From: an uncultured virus (IMG/VR IMGVR_UViG_3300004093_000014)
Taxonomy: Duplodnaviria; Heunggongvirae; Uroviricota; Caudoviricetes
Virus record (IMG/VR): IMGVR_UViG_3300004093_000014
Reading direction: 5' to 3' (one strand)
DNA: 64,000 nucleotides
Below, piece by piece: positions 19,701 through 27,549 of this stretch; positions within the stretch are counted from its first letter, which is position 1; every line of letters starts with the position of its first letter. The notes under the pieces are model-generated. The model was not told where the DNA came from. It worked only from the letters and a program-made list of their open reading frames with translations, and did no database searches. The position numbers were made by a program, and so were the translations under genes.

Positions 19701-19945
19701 GAGGTCGCCTCCGGAAGGATGTTGCGGTCGTCGTCCGGTCCGTCCGCCGCGGCGTCGGCAGTCGCGCGCGCCCGGGCCTCCTGCGCCTCGGCGACCAGCG
19801 TGGAGGCGTTCGCCTGCTGCGCCGCGCCGAGGTCGCGCTGATCCTGGTCGTGCCGCAGGCTGTCGACCTCCTTCACGATGGCGTCCGAGAACGTCCGCGC
19901 GAGGAGGCCGAGCAGCGCGCTCAGCAAGGCTGAGAAGCTAAACAC
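19697..19945 (-). CDS. i-spanin (Rz)-like protein
   Basis: N-terminal hydrophobic anchor plus Ala/Gln helix; position after endolysin/holin. Confidence 0.5.
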   Translation of the reverse strand: MFSFSALLSALLGLLARTFSDAIVKEVDSLRHDQDQRDLGAAQQANASTLVAEAQEARARATADAAADGPDDDRNILPEATS

Positions 19946-19946
19946 G

Positions 19947-20657
19947 TCAGGCGGTCACGGCCGGAGCGGTCGTGGTCGGGCCGGCCGCGGTCGGCGTCGA
20001 GGTCGCGAGCGAAGCGCCATCCTCCACCGGCAGCAGCGCGATGATGTGGTCGCGGATGGCATTCACGCCACCGGTCCAGGCGAGCAGCCAGCCGGGGGTG
20101 TGCTCGACGACGTAGTTCAGGGCGTTGGCGAGCACGGCGTTGCCGACGTCGAAGCTCAGCGTCTTGTCCTTGGCAGCGCCCGCCACGGTGTTCACGCCGA
20201 AGCTGATCGCCTTCTCGACGAGCTGCTGGGTGATCAGGCCCTTCACGACGGCGCCGATCGACGCGGGCAGCCGGCGCAGACCCCAGGTGATCGCCGCCAT
20301 CACGAAGGCCGTGACGATCTCGACGGCAGCCTGGGCGTAGGAGGCGATCCAGGTCCCGAGCGGGACGGTGACCACGGCGGTATCAGTCGCCGGCTGCGCG
20401 ACGGTGGCGGCGGCCTGGGCGAAGGCGGGATGGACGCCGAGGCCGACGACGGCAACGGCGAGCGCCATGGCCGGGAGCGTCAGCCCGGGCACGCGGCGGG
20501 CGGCGCAGATCATCGCGGCGATGAGGGCCGAGCCGAGCAGCAGCGCTATGACGCCGTGGCCGGCGGCGCGGGACAGGTCGAAGGGCTGGCCGGTCCCGGC
20601 TAGGGCTGGAGAGCAGACGCAGGCGAGCGCCAGCGTCGTGGGGACGATGCGGGTCAT
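19947..20657 (-). CDS. Holin-like membrane protein with extended N-terminus
   Basis: Directly after endolysin; multiple TM segments. Confidence 0.55.
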   Translation of the reverse strand: MTRIVPTTLALACVCSPALAGTGQPFDLSRAAGHGVIALLLGSALIAAMICAARRVPGLTLPAMALAVAVVGLGVHPAFAQAAATVAQPATDTAVVTVPLGTWIASYAQAAVEIVTAFVMAAITWGLRRLPASIGAVVKGLITQQLVEKAISFGVNTVAGAAKDKTLSFDVGNAVLANALNYVVEHTPGWLLAWTGGVNAIRDHIIALLPVEDGASLATSTPTAAGPTTTAPAVTA

Positions 20658-20735
20658 GTTGGGGTCTCAATTATCAGGGGTGCGCGGCGGGCCCGGCCGG
20701 CTCGGGTCGAACAACCGGGCGAGGCCCGGAACTGG

Positions 20736-21548
20736 TCAGGCGCGGCGGCGCGCGGCGCGCCGCGGCTTGGGCTTCGCCTTCTTCGCCTGTGGGGCGGCCG
20801 CGAGCTTGGCTCTCACGGCGGGGACCTTCGTGAGAGCCAACGTGGCTTGCTTCGCATCCGTGATGGGCGACGCGAGCACGGCCGCCGCTGCGGGTGCGGG
20901 CGGCGACCAGGGCGTGTCCGGGATCTTGCGCCAGAACGCGTAACGGGCGGCCAGCTTCGTGTGGTAGCCGTGCGAGGCGTAGGCCGGTCCGTTGTAGCCG
21001 CGGGCGAAGGCGGCCCAGTTGTGGGCCCGCAGCTCGTCGTCGAGGTGATTGGCCCGGATGAACGCGACCGCCGCAGCGAGTTGCGCCTCCTCGCTGTCGA
21101 GGAACGCCGCCACCATCTCGGCCGCGCTCTGGAAGCCGGCGTCGACGTGGTTCGAGCCCAGGATCTGGCCAAGCCCCCAGGACGTCGCCTCGAGGGCGAC
21201 GCGGGGATCGATCGCCAGGGCCTGGACGATGCGCGGGTAGCTGTCGGCCGGGTACGGCTTCGTGCCCCACTTCGGATAGGCGATGCCCAGCTTCACGAGC
21301 TCGGCGCGGGCGGCGCCCTGCGACAGGGCGAAGGCCTTGTGCGGCTCATAGAGCGCCTTCGGGCGGCCCTTGCTGTCGAAGCCGCTGCCCGACGTCTCGA
21401 CGTCGAGGAAGGCGTGGATCTCGTCCTCGCCGACCCCGATTCCGTGCCCGAGGCGCGGCAGATCCTCGTCATCCAAGCGCTTTCCCGCGCCCTTGAAGCC
21501 GGTGTCGCGCAGGCGTTTCAACGCCACCGCGCCTGCGGTGTCGGTCAT
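20736..21548 (-). CDS. Endolysin, N-acetylmuramidase (DUF3380-type)
   Basis: VETSGSGF, LYEPH, SWGLGQILGSNH, WAAFARGYNGP. Confidence 0.92.
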   Translation of the reverse strand: MTDTAGAVALKRLRDTGFKGAGKRLDDEDLPRLGHGIGVGEDEIHAFLDVETSGSGFDSKGRPKALYEPHKAFALSQGAARAELVKLGIAYPKWGTKPYPADSYPRIVQALAIDPRVALEATSWGLGQILGSNHVDAGFQSAAEMVAAFLDSEEAQLAAAVAFIRANHLDDELRAHNWAAFARGYNGPAYASHGYHTKLAARYAFWRKIPDTPWSPPAPAAAAVLASPITDAKQATLALTKVPAVRAKLAAAPQAKKAKPKPRRAARRRA

Positions 21549-21580
21549 GTCGTCCTCACGATGTCATGGGCTTTGAAGTG

Positions 21581-21730
21581 TCAGCGCGCGCGGCGGGGGC
21601 AGATCCAGAACTGCCCCGCGCCCTCGATGTAGACGGGCGCGCAGAAGACTCCGCGCCCGCGCTGCCGGGCCTCTGCCGGCGCGACGGCCAGCAGGGCGAA
21701 AGCGGCGATGGCCGAGAGGATGCGTGCCAT
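21581..21730 (-). CDS. 49-aa secreted cationic two-Cys peptide (absent from ORF track)
   Basis: Manual translation MARILSAIAAFALLAVAPAEA/RQRGRGVFCAPVYIEGAGQFWICPRRAR; starts 2 nt after tailspike stop. Confidence 0.65.
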   Translation of the reverse strand: MARILSAIAAFALLAVAPAEARQRGRGVFCAPVYIEGAGQFWICPRRAR

Positions 21731-21732
21731 CG

Positions 21733-23391
21733 TCAGTACGTGAGGTTCTTTTCGACGATCTTGTTGGTGCCGGTGCCGTTGTCGCTAAGCCCCTGCTGAA
21801 GATTTCCCATCAGTCGATTGCCGCTGATGATGTAATTGTTGTTGTTCGGCCCGACCACATAAATGCCATAGCTCTGTTTTGTCGGAACGTTATTAATCTT
21901 TGCCCACCCTCCATAGCCGGACTGGATGCCCTGGATCGTGAACCCACCGACGTTGTTCTCGACCGCGATACCGAGGCCGCCCGAGCCAGTGCCGTTATGG
22001 TAGAATTCGCCACCGCGGACCGTGACGTTAGTCCCGCCGCCGATCCGCATGCCGTGCTGGACGTTGAAAGTGCTCTGAAAATCGGTGATCTGAAGGCTGT
22101 CGAGGTTCGTGCCCGGGTTGATTTCCAGCCCGTGGCCGCCGCTGGAGCTGGCCTGCGACGAGGTGATCTTGACCTCGCCGATCTTACCCGTGCCAGCGAA
22201 ATACCATCCATCACCGGCGGAGCTGTCCGCCAGCGTCTGATTGATCCAGACGCCCTGAATTCCGATGTGGTTGGTGGACGGCTGGAAGAGGTAGGCGGTG
22301 CCGCGCGCCTGATAGCTCTCCACGTCCTGAACGTAGATGCCCGACGCCGAGTAGAACGCCATCGAGGTGCCGCACTGCGCCAGCGTCGAGCCGGACAGGT
22401 GAAGGCCGTTTGCGAACAGCGCCGGCGAGGTCGAGAACTTGCCCAGCGAGATGCACTCGTTGGTCATGCCCTCGGCCAGGAGGTCGTTGACGTCGACCAC
22501 GGCTTGGTTGCCGTAGTTGTCGATCGTCATCCCGTCGAAGCCGCCGCGCAGGATCACGGACCTGAACGTGCCGCGGCCGCCCGACATTGCGATCAGCGCG
22601 CCGCTGGTACGGGTGACCGTCGAGCCGATGGCCAGGTCGAACATGCCGAAGTTGTTGTAGCTGGCCCCCGCGGTTCCGAAGCGGAAGACGTCGCCGGTCG
22701 GCGAGTTGGTCAGGATGGCGGTCGAATCCCGGCCCTTGCCCCGGATGTAGACGCCGGACGCACCGTCGATCGTCCCCGAGATGATGCAGGCCCGCGGAGG
22801 CAGGTTGAGGAAGCCGCCGCGCCCGCGCGCCTTCAGCGCAGCGACGCCCGCACGGAATGGCGCGGTGTCGTCGCTGCTCCCGTCGCACTTCGCCCCGAAG
22901 TCCTCGACGTCGACCTGATCCTTCAGCTTGTCCTGGAGGCTGCGCAGGATCGCGCCCGTGTCGGGCAGCTTCATGTTGACGCTGGAGACGTCGCACGGAG
23001 CACCGGACGCACAGGTGATGCCCGGCCCAGTCAGGACGATGCTAGGGACCGAGCTCGGGAGCGCACCGCTCGCCGGGATCTGCGAAAGCGGCACGAGGCC
23101 GTTGCTGTCGAGCGTGGCGATGCCGCCGGGCTGGGCGCGCGCGCCGGCAATCGAGTTGATGCCGTCCTGCATCCGCTGGAAGCCGCAGCGGCTCGAGATG
23201 CCGTCGAGGCCATCGGCGCGCTGCCCGAGGTTCAGCGTCAGCGGGAAGCCGGTGAAGGGGTTGCATGGCGCCGTGGCCGGTCCGGTCGGCGGCTGGAAGC
23301 CGAACTGCGCCGATGCAGGCGCCGACAGGACGATGAGCGGGGCGAGCAGGAAGAAGGCGCGCGCCAAGGCGCGCCGGACAAGCGGCGTCAT
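21733..23391 (-). CDS. Tailspike-like right-handed beta-helix protein with signal-peptide-like N-terminus
   Basis: RSLQDKLKDQVDVEDFGAKCDGSSDDTAPF (pectate-lyase-3-like start), GGIATLDSNGLVPLSQIP fibre motif, Asn/Gly-rich beta-helix; GGAG before ATG 23391. Confidence 0.85.
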   Translation of the reverse strand: MTPLVRRALARAFFLLAPLIVLSAPASAQFGFQPPTGPATAPCNPFTGFPLTLNLGQRADGLDGISSRCGFQRMQDGINSIAGARAQPGGIATLDSNGLVPLSQIPASGALPSSVPSIVLTGPGITCASGAPCDVSSVNMKLPDTGAILRSLQDKLKDQVDVEDFGAKCDGSSDDTAPFRAGVAALKARGRGGFLNLPPRACIISGTIDGASGVYIRGKGRDSTAILTNSPTGDVFRFGTAGASYNNFGMFDLAIGSTVTRTSGALIAMSGGRGTFRSVILRGGFDGMTIDNYGNQAVVDVNDLLAEGMTNECISLGKFSTSPALFANGLHLSGSTLAQCGTSMAFYSASGIYVQDVESYQARGTAYLFQPSTNHIGIQGVWINQTLADSSAGDGWYFAGTGKIGEVKITSSQASSSGGHGLEINPGTNLDSLQITDFQSTFNVQHGMRIGGGTNVTVRGGEFYHNGTGSGGLGIAVENNVGGFTIQGIQSGYGGWAKINNVPTKQSYGIYVVGPNNNNYIISGNRLMGNLQQGLSDNGTGTNKIVEKNLTY

Positions 23392-23435
23392 GGTGGGTCT
23401 CCGGGGGTGAACGATGAGGCGCGGCGCGGCCTGGG

Positions 23436-24155
23436 CTACGTGCCCGAGGCGGTGAAATCGATGATGCTGTCGACGGCCGCGTCGGAGCCGGCCGGCTGGT
23501 AGCCGCCCGCCGGGAGCGGCCCGATCGGCAGGTAGGCCGGCGGGATCACGACGGCCGGGAAGTCGGGCGTCGGGTCGAGGCGGTTGCGGACGATCGACGA
23601 CACCGCCCACGCGCCCGCGGCGCCAGGCAAAATCGGGATCGAGAACGGGAAGAAGTCGGCCACGCCCGCACGGTTGCCGGCGTCCTGGAGGCCGCCTGCA
23701 ACCTGGGGCTTGTGCCAGATCGTCGGCGTCGTCGGTCCCTCGACCGTGACCAAGTCGGCGCCGAGGTCGATCACCGAGCCATCGCCGTATGCGATGGCCA
23801 GCGAGGCGAGGTACTGACCGCCGGGCAGCGCCGCCACGATGGCCTGAGGGATCGAGATCAGGCCGGACGAGCGATCGTCAGCGACCCGGAGGTAGCCAGA
23901 GCCATCGTCGGTGAAGACGTTGAGCACGGGTCGATCGCGGCGGTGGCCCCCATGCCGACCCCAGCCGTAATCGTGCAGCCAGCCGCGGTGATCGCAGCCG
24001 TCGTCGCGACGGAACACTGCAAAACTGACCACGGCATCTCCGGCCTGCTCAGCCTCCGCGACCGTGAAGGGTTGGAAGGTCTCCCGGTCCCAGAACGGGA
24101 GCCGGACCCGCCAGTCGCCGCGGCGATGGACGGTCCTCATGGGGCGCAGCGACAT
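23436..24155 (-). CDS. Putative tail adaptor/hypothetical structural protein
   Basis: Between fibre and tailspike. Confidence 0.55.
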   Translation of the reverse strand: MSLRPMRTVHRRGDWRVRLPFWDRETFQPFTVAEAEQAGDAVVSFAVFRRDDGCDHRGWLHDYGWGRHGGHRRDRPVLNVFTDDGSGYLRVADDRSSGLISIPQAIVAALPGGQYLASLAIAYGDGSVIDLGADLVTVEGPTTPTIWHKPQVAGGLQDAGNRAGVADFFPFSIPILPGAAGAWAVSSIVRNRLDPTPDFPAVVIPPAYLPIGPLPAGGYQPAGSDAAVDSIIDFTASGT

Positions 24156-24164
24156 GCGGGCTCC

Positions 24165-25241
24165 CTACAGCTTCAGGTGGACGGCGCCGGCCACGATGAA
24201 GGGCGGCAGAGTGTTGTGTTTCTGCGTCAAGCCGGTGTTGTCGACCTTGACCTCGCCGCCGGGCGTGAAGCCGCCGGCCAGCCGCGTGGTGACCGCATGG
24301 ACGTGCTGCCGGCTTTCACCGCCGGTTGCGGACAACACCGGCCCGGTGTCGCCATCTGGGATGGCGTAGAACGACACGACGGTCTGGTTCGTGCCCCCGG
24401 CGGACAGAATGACGTACCGCTTCGTGCCGATGCTGTGCTCGTGCGTGTCGCTCTCGACCCCAACGTCCGCGATGTGATTGTGGTCGCCGACAGCGTCGCC
24501 CGTGAAGTGGGCGAGGTGCGCGTGCTCTGGCATCTCGTCCGCGCTCAGCGTGTGGGTCGCCTCGCCGCCGCGGAGACCGATCAGGGTTCCCGGGTCGAAG
24601 TCGATTTTCCCTTCCGCGAACAGATTGCCGGCGCCGGACCCGTCCGCCGCGAAGGCCAGCAGCCGGGAGGACAGGTCGGGGAGCGTGAGTTGCACACCAG
24701 AATTGAAGTCGGACACGGCCGAGAGCCCGCGCCCCGGGATCAGCGGCAGGTCCGCGCGGGAACCCCAGAGGTACGCGAAGAGAGCCGCACAATCGGCGTT
24801 CGCCCGCGTCGAGGCGCCCGAGTTCGCGTTGCCGATCGTACCACCGTTGCAGGGGACACTACCGTTCCGGCCGCCCGAACCGGCCGTGAAGATGTAGTCC
24901 CCCGTCTGGTATTGCCGGGCTGGATCAAAGACCGGCGCCACGGCCGGCGGCGGGTCGCCGGGCAATCCTTGCGCCGAGAACAGCACGGCGCCGGGCGGTG
25001 ACACGCTGAAGCCATCGGTGCAGAGCACGTCGTAATCGCCCTGCCCGACGAAGATCGCCGGAAGCCGCCCGTTCGCGTCCACGGGGATCGGCCACGGCAG
25101 CATCTTGGTCGGGTCGAGAGCCGCTGTCCGGAACACGTCCTTCGGCGTCGTCGTACCGGCCTGGTAGACGAAGAGCTCCGCCTTCCGGATCGGCTTGCCG
25201 TCCGAGTCCAGAATCTGTTCGAGGGAGAGCGGCGAGTACAT
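24165..25241 (-). CDS. Tail fibre: head-binding-like N-terminus, tail-collar domain, HxH motifs
   Basis: DSDGKPI..ELFVYQAGTTTP...PIPVDANGR; TGDYIF...CNGGTIG...LFAYLW...LPDL; GGEATHTLSADEMPEHAH; HNTLPP. Confidence 0.8.
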   Translation of the reverse strand: MYSPLSLEQILDSDGKPIRKAELFVYQAGTTTPKDVFRTAALDPTKMLPWPIPVDANGRLPAIFVGQGDYDVLCTDGFSVSPPGAVLFSAQGLPGDPPPAVAPVFDPARQYQTGDYIFTAGSGGRNGSVPCNGGTIGNANSGASTRANADCAALFAYLWGSRADLPLIPGRGLSAVSDFNSGVQLTLPDLSSRLLAFAADGSGAGNLFAEGKIDFDPGTLIGLRGGEATHTLSADEMPEHAHLAHFTGDAVGDHNHIADVGVESDTHEHSIGTKRYVILSAGGTNQTVVSFYAIPDGDTGPVLSATGGESRQHVHAVTTRLAGGFTPGGEVKVDNTGLTQKHNTLPPFIVAGAVHLKL

Positions 25242-25330
25242 CAGCGCTCACCCTGGCGCAGGGCCAGAGCGTCCATTTACGACCTCGAGGTGACGGGGTA
25301 GGCTCAACGCCCCTCGCAAGGAGCTGTGGT

Positions 25331-25534
25331 TTGAAGGCGATGCCCTGGTGGAGACGCCTTCTGTGCGTCCTGATCGGCGCACCCCTCGCGCTCGCCGGAA
25401 TTCAGTTCTGTCTTGAGCTGCGCGATGGCGGCTCGCATGCCCCGCTCTTCTGGGGCAGCGCGTTGGTCATGTCGGCGCTCGGCGCGCTTCTCGTCCTGTC
25501 CGGGATCAGCCCGAGCGCTGCCCGAGGCTACTGA
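25331..25534 (+). CDS. Small 2-TM moron opposite to late operon
   Basis: AAGGAG RBS; two hydrophobic helices. Confidence 0.5.
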   Translation: MKAMPWWRRLLCVLIGAPLALAGIQFCLELRDGGSHAPLFWGSALVMSALGALLVLSGISPSAARGY

Positions 25535-27549
25535 CCCGACGCGGCCTGCTGGTCCTGTAGGTACTGCCGCGTGATCGGCGCGAACCGCCGCTGCCCCTGG
25601 ATGACAACAGGGCGGCCAGCCTGCCGCAGCCGCTCGCCGATGGTGACAGGCACCTGACCGGCGAAGAGCTGACGCGCTTCGGCAGCGTTCCTGGCACCGC
25701 CGAGCGTCTCCGCTCCGCGCCCCGCAATGGCCCCGACGGCGGCCCCAACAGCCGGATTGACGTGCGGCAGAGCCGTTCCGCCGATCGAGGCGCCGAGAGC
25801 CGTGAGCGACTTCCGCATGAGCCCAGCGAGGCGATTGCCCGACTGAGATGCGTTCGCGGTGCCGGCCGGCGCGCTCGTGGCGCGGATGACGTTGGCCAGC
25901 GTCGTCATGTGCCGGCGCTCGTCCTCGTTGAAGAGCCGCGTGGCAAGAGATCGGCCGTCGCCGTTGACGAAATCGAGGATGCGCGTCGCGGCTCGCTGCG
26001 GGCTCTGCTCCATCGGGCCAAGCACGCGCTGCCACGCGCCCTGGCGGATCGCCCCCCATTCCGGGCTCTCCTCGCCGAGGACGCCACGCAGCCGGTCGGC
26101 CAGCCGCACCGAGTTGGCATTCTGGCCGACCTTGGTGCCGCCGTAGAGCAGGTTCGCAACCTGCTCGGGCGTCGCATCGCGGTTGATGATCGTGTCCATC
26201 GCCCGGCCGACGTCGTCGCCGGCGCCCTGGCGCGTGAAGGTGCGCCGATACGAGGCATAGGCGGCCCGCGCGTCCCGGAGAGCGCCGAGAGCCTCGTCGG
26301 ACCCGGAGAACATGCCGTTCTCCATCGCCGTCTGGATCTGATTGTCGAACTGATCGATGATCGCCCGGACAGCGCGCTGATCCGCCGGATTGTTGGCCGC
26401 CGCTCGAGCATGGGCAGCAAGCTGCCGACGCGCCTGATCGACGCCTCTCAAGTTGATGCCGGCAACGTCGTCGGCCGCGCCCGGCTGACCGATGCTGCCG
26501 AGCCGCAGGTTGTCGATGTTGTCGAGCGTGCCGAGTGCGCGGTGCGCTGCTGGCGTCAACGTCTGGTCGATGATGACCGGGTCCTGGGCGCCGACAAGCG
26601 CATCCGTGATCCGGCGGGACATCGGCGCCGCGTAGGCGTCAGGTGCTGCGGCCGGCCCGGCGATGGCTCCGGCAGGGTTCGGATGCGCGTCTGCCGCAGC
26701 ACGACCGCTGAAGACCGCCGCATCCATGATGCCATCGTGCGCGAACGCCGTGTCGTAGCGGCCGCGATAATCCTGGCGCGCCGCGGCGGCGGCATCCTGC
26801 ACGGCGGACTGGGCCGCTTGGCCTGCATCCTGGTTTCGAGCCAGATCGGCCTGGCCGCGCCCGGCCGTGTCCTCGATGCCGCGCGCAGCGTTCGCGAGGT
26901 CCTGGCGCTGCCCCGCGCGGAACTCCTGCGCAACGCGCTGCGCCTCGTCGCCGAGCGCCCCGCCCGCCATCGCATCCTCGCGGGCGAGCAGAGCAGGATC
27001 GGCGGTCCGCTGCCCGGCGCTGAAGCGAACCCCCATGCGCTCTGCATCCGCTGCGGCGGGCGCCAATTCGCGCGCCGCCACGACGCCGCCACGTGCCGCG
27101 GCCGTCCCAGCTCCGACGGGACTGGCAAGCATGGCGAAGTCGGCCGCCCGCTTGATCGCATCGTCGCTGGTCGGATCCAGCGTCCCGTCCAACGCCTCGC
27201 GAGTGAGCGTGAGCGCGCCCTGGCCGGCCCGGCCGGCATCCTTGACCATGCCGATCAGGCTCGGACCATCCGGGTTCGGCGTCGTGAGGGTTTTCCTGAT
27301 CTCCTGGCCACCGCTCTCGATGCCGTTGAGGACGGATCGCAGAGACGGCATGGTCGGCCAGCGAAGGCCGGCCCATCCCCCTGCGGCGGCCGGGGGCGCA
27401 GGCGTTGGCGCCGGCACAGCGGCCGACGCGCCTGCATCGTCCAGCACGAAGCCGGCAGGCAGCCCTGTCGCGGGCGCGACGTTGGGCTGCGCAGGCGCCG
27501 ACTGATGCGGTTCGGCGTCGAGGACGAAGCCGGCGGGAAGCTCGCTCAA
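25528..27549 (-). CDS. Putative DNA ejection (internal virion) protein
   Basis: TTG start after GGAGG, TTGA overlap; LPAGFVLD x2 at N-terminus; Ala-rich helical; P22 gp16-like position. Confidence 0.7.
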   Translation of the reverse strand: MSELPAGFVLDAEPHQSAPAQPNVAPATGLPAGFVLDDAGASAAVPAPTPAPPAAAGGWAGLRWPTMPSLRSVLNGIESGGQEIRKTLTTPNPDGPSLIGMVKDAGRAGQGALTLTREALDGTLDPTSDDAIKRAADFAMLASPVGAGTAAARGGVVAARELAPAAADAERMGVRFSAGQRTADPALLAREDAMAGGALGDEAQRVAQEFRAGQRQDLANAARGIEDTAGRGQADLARNQDAGQAAQSAVQDAAAAARQDYRGRYDTAFAHDGIMDAAVFSGRAAADAHPNPAGAIAGPAAAPDAYAAPMSRRITDALVGAQDPVIIDQTLTPAAHRALGTLDNIDNLRLGSIGQPGAADDVAGINLRGVDQARRQLAAHARAAANNPADQRAVRAIIDQFDNQIQTAMENGMFSGSDEALGALRDARAAYASYRRTFTRQGAGDDVGRAMDTIINRDATPEQVANLLYGGTKVGQNANSVRLADRLRGVLGEESPEWGAIRQGAWQRVLGPMEQSPQRAATRILDFVNGDGRSLATRLFNEDERRHMTTLANVIRATSAPAGTANASQSGNRLAGLMRKSLTALGASIGGTALPHVNPAVGAAVGAIAGRGAETLGGARNAAEARQLFAGQVPVTIGERLRQAGRPVVIQGQRRFAPITRQYLQDQQAASGQ

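Noticed and set aside
21733..25241. DGR or invertase-based tail-fibre switching
   Set aside because: No reverse transcriptase, invertase or TR/VR-like repeat pair noticed
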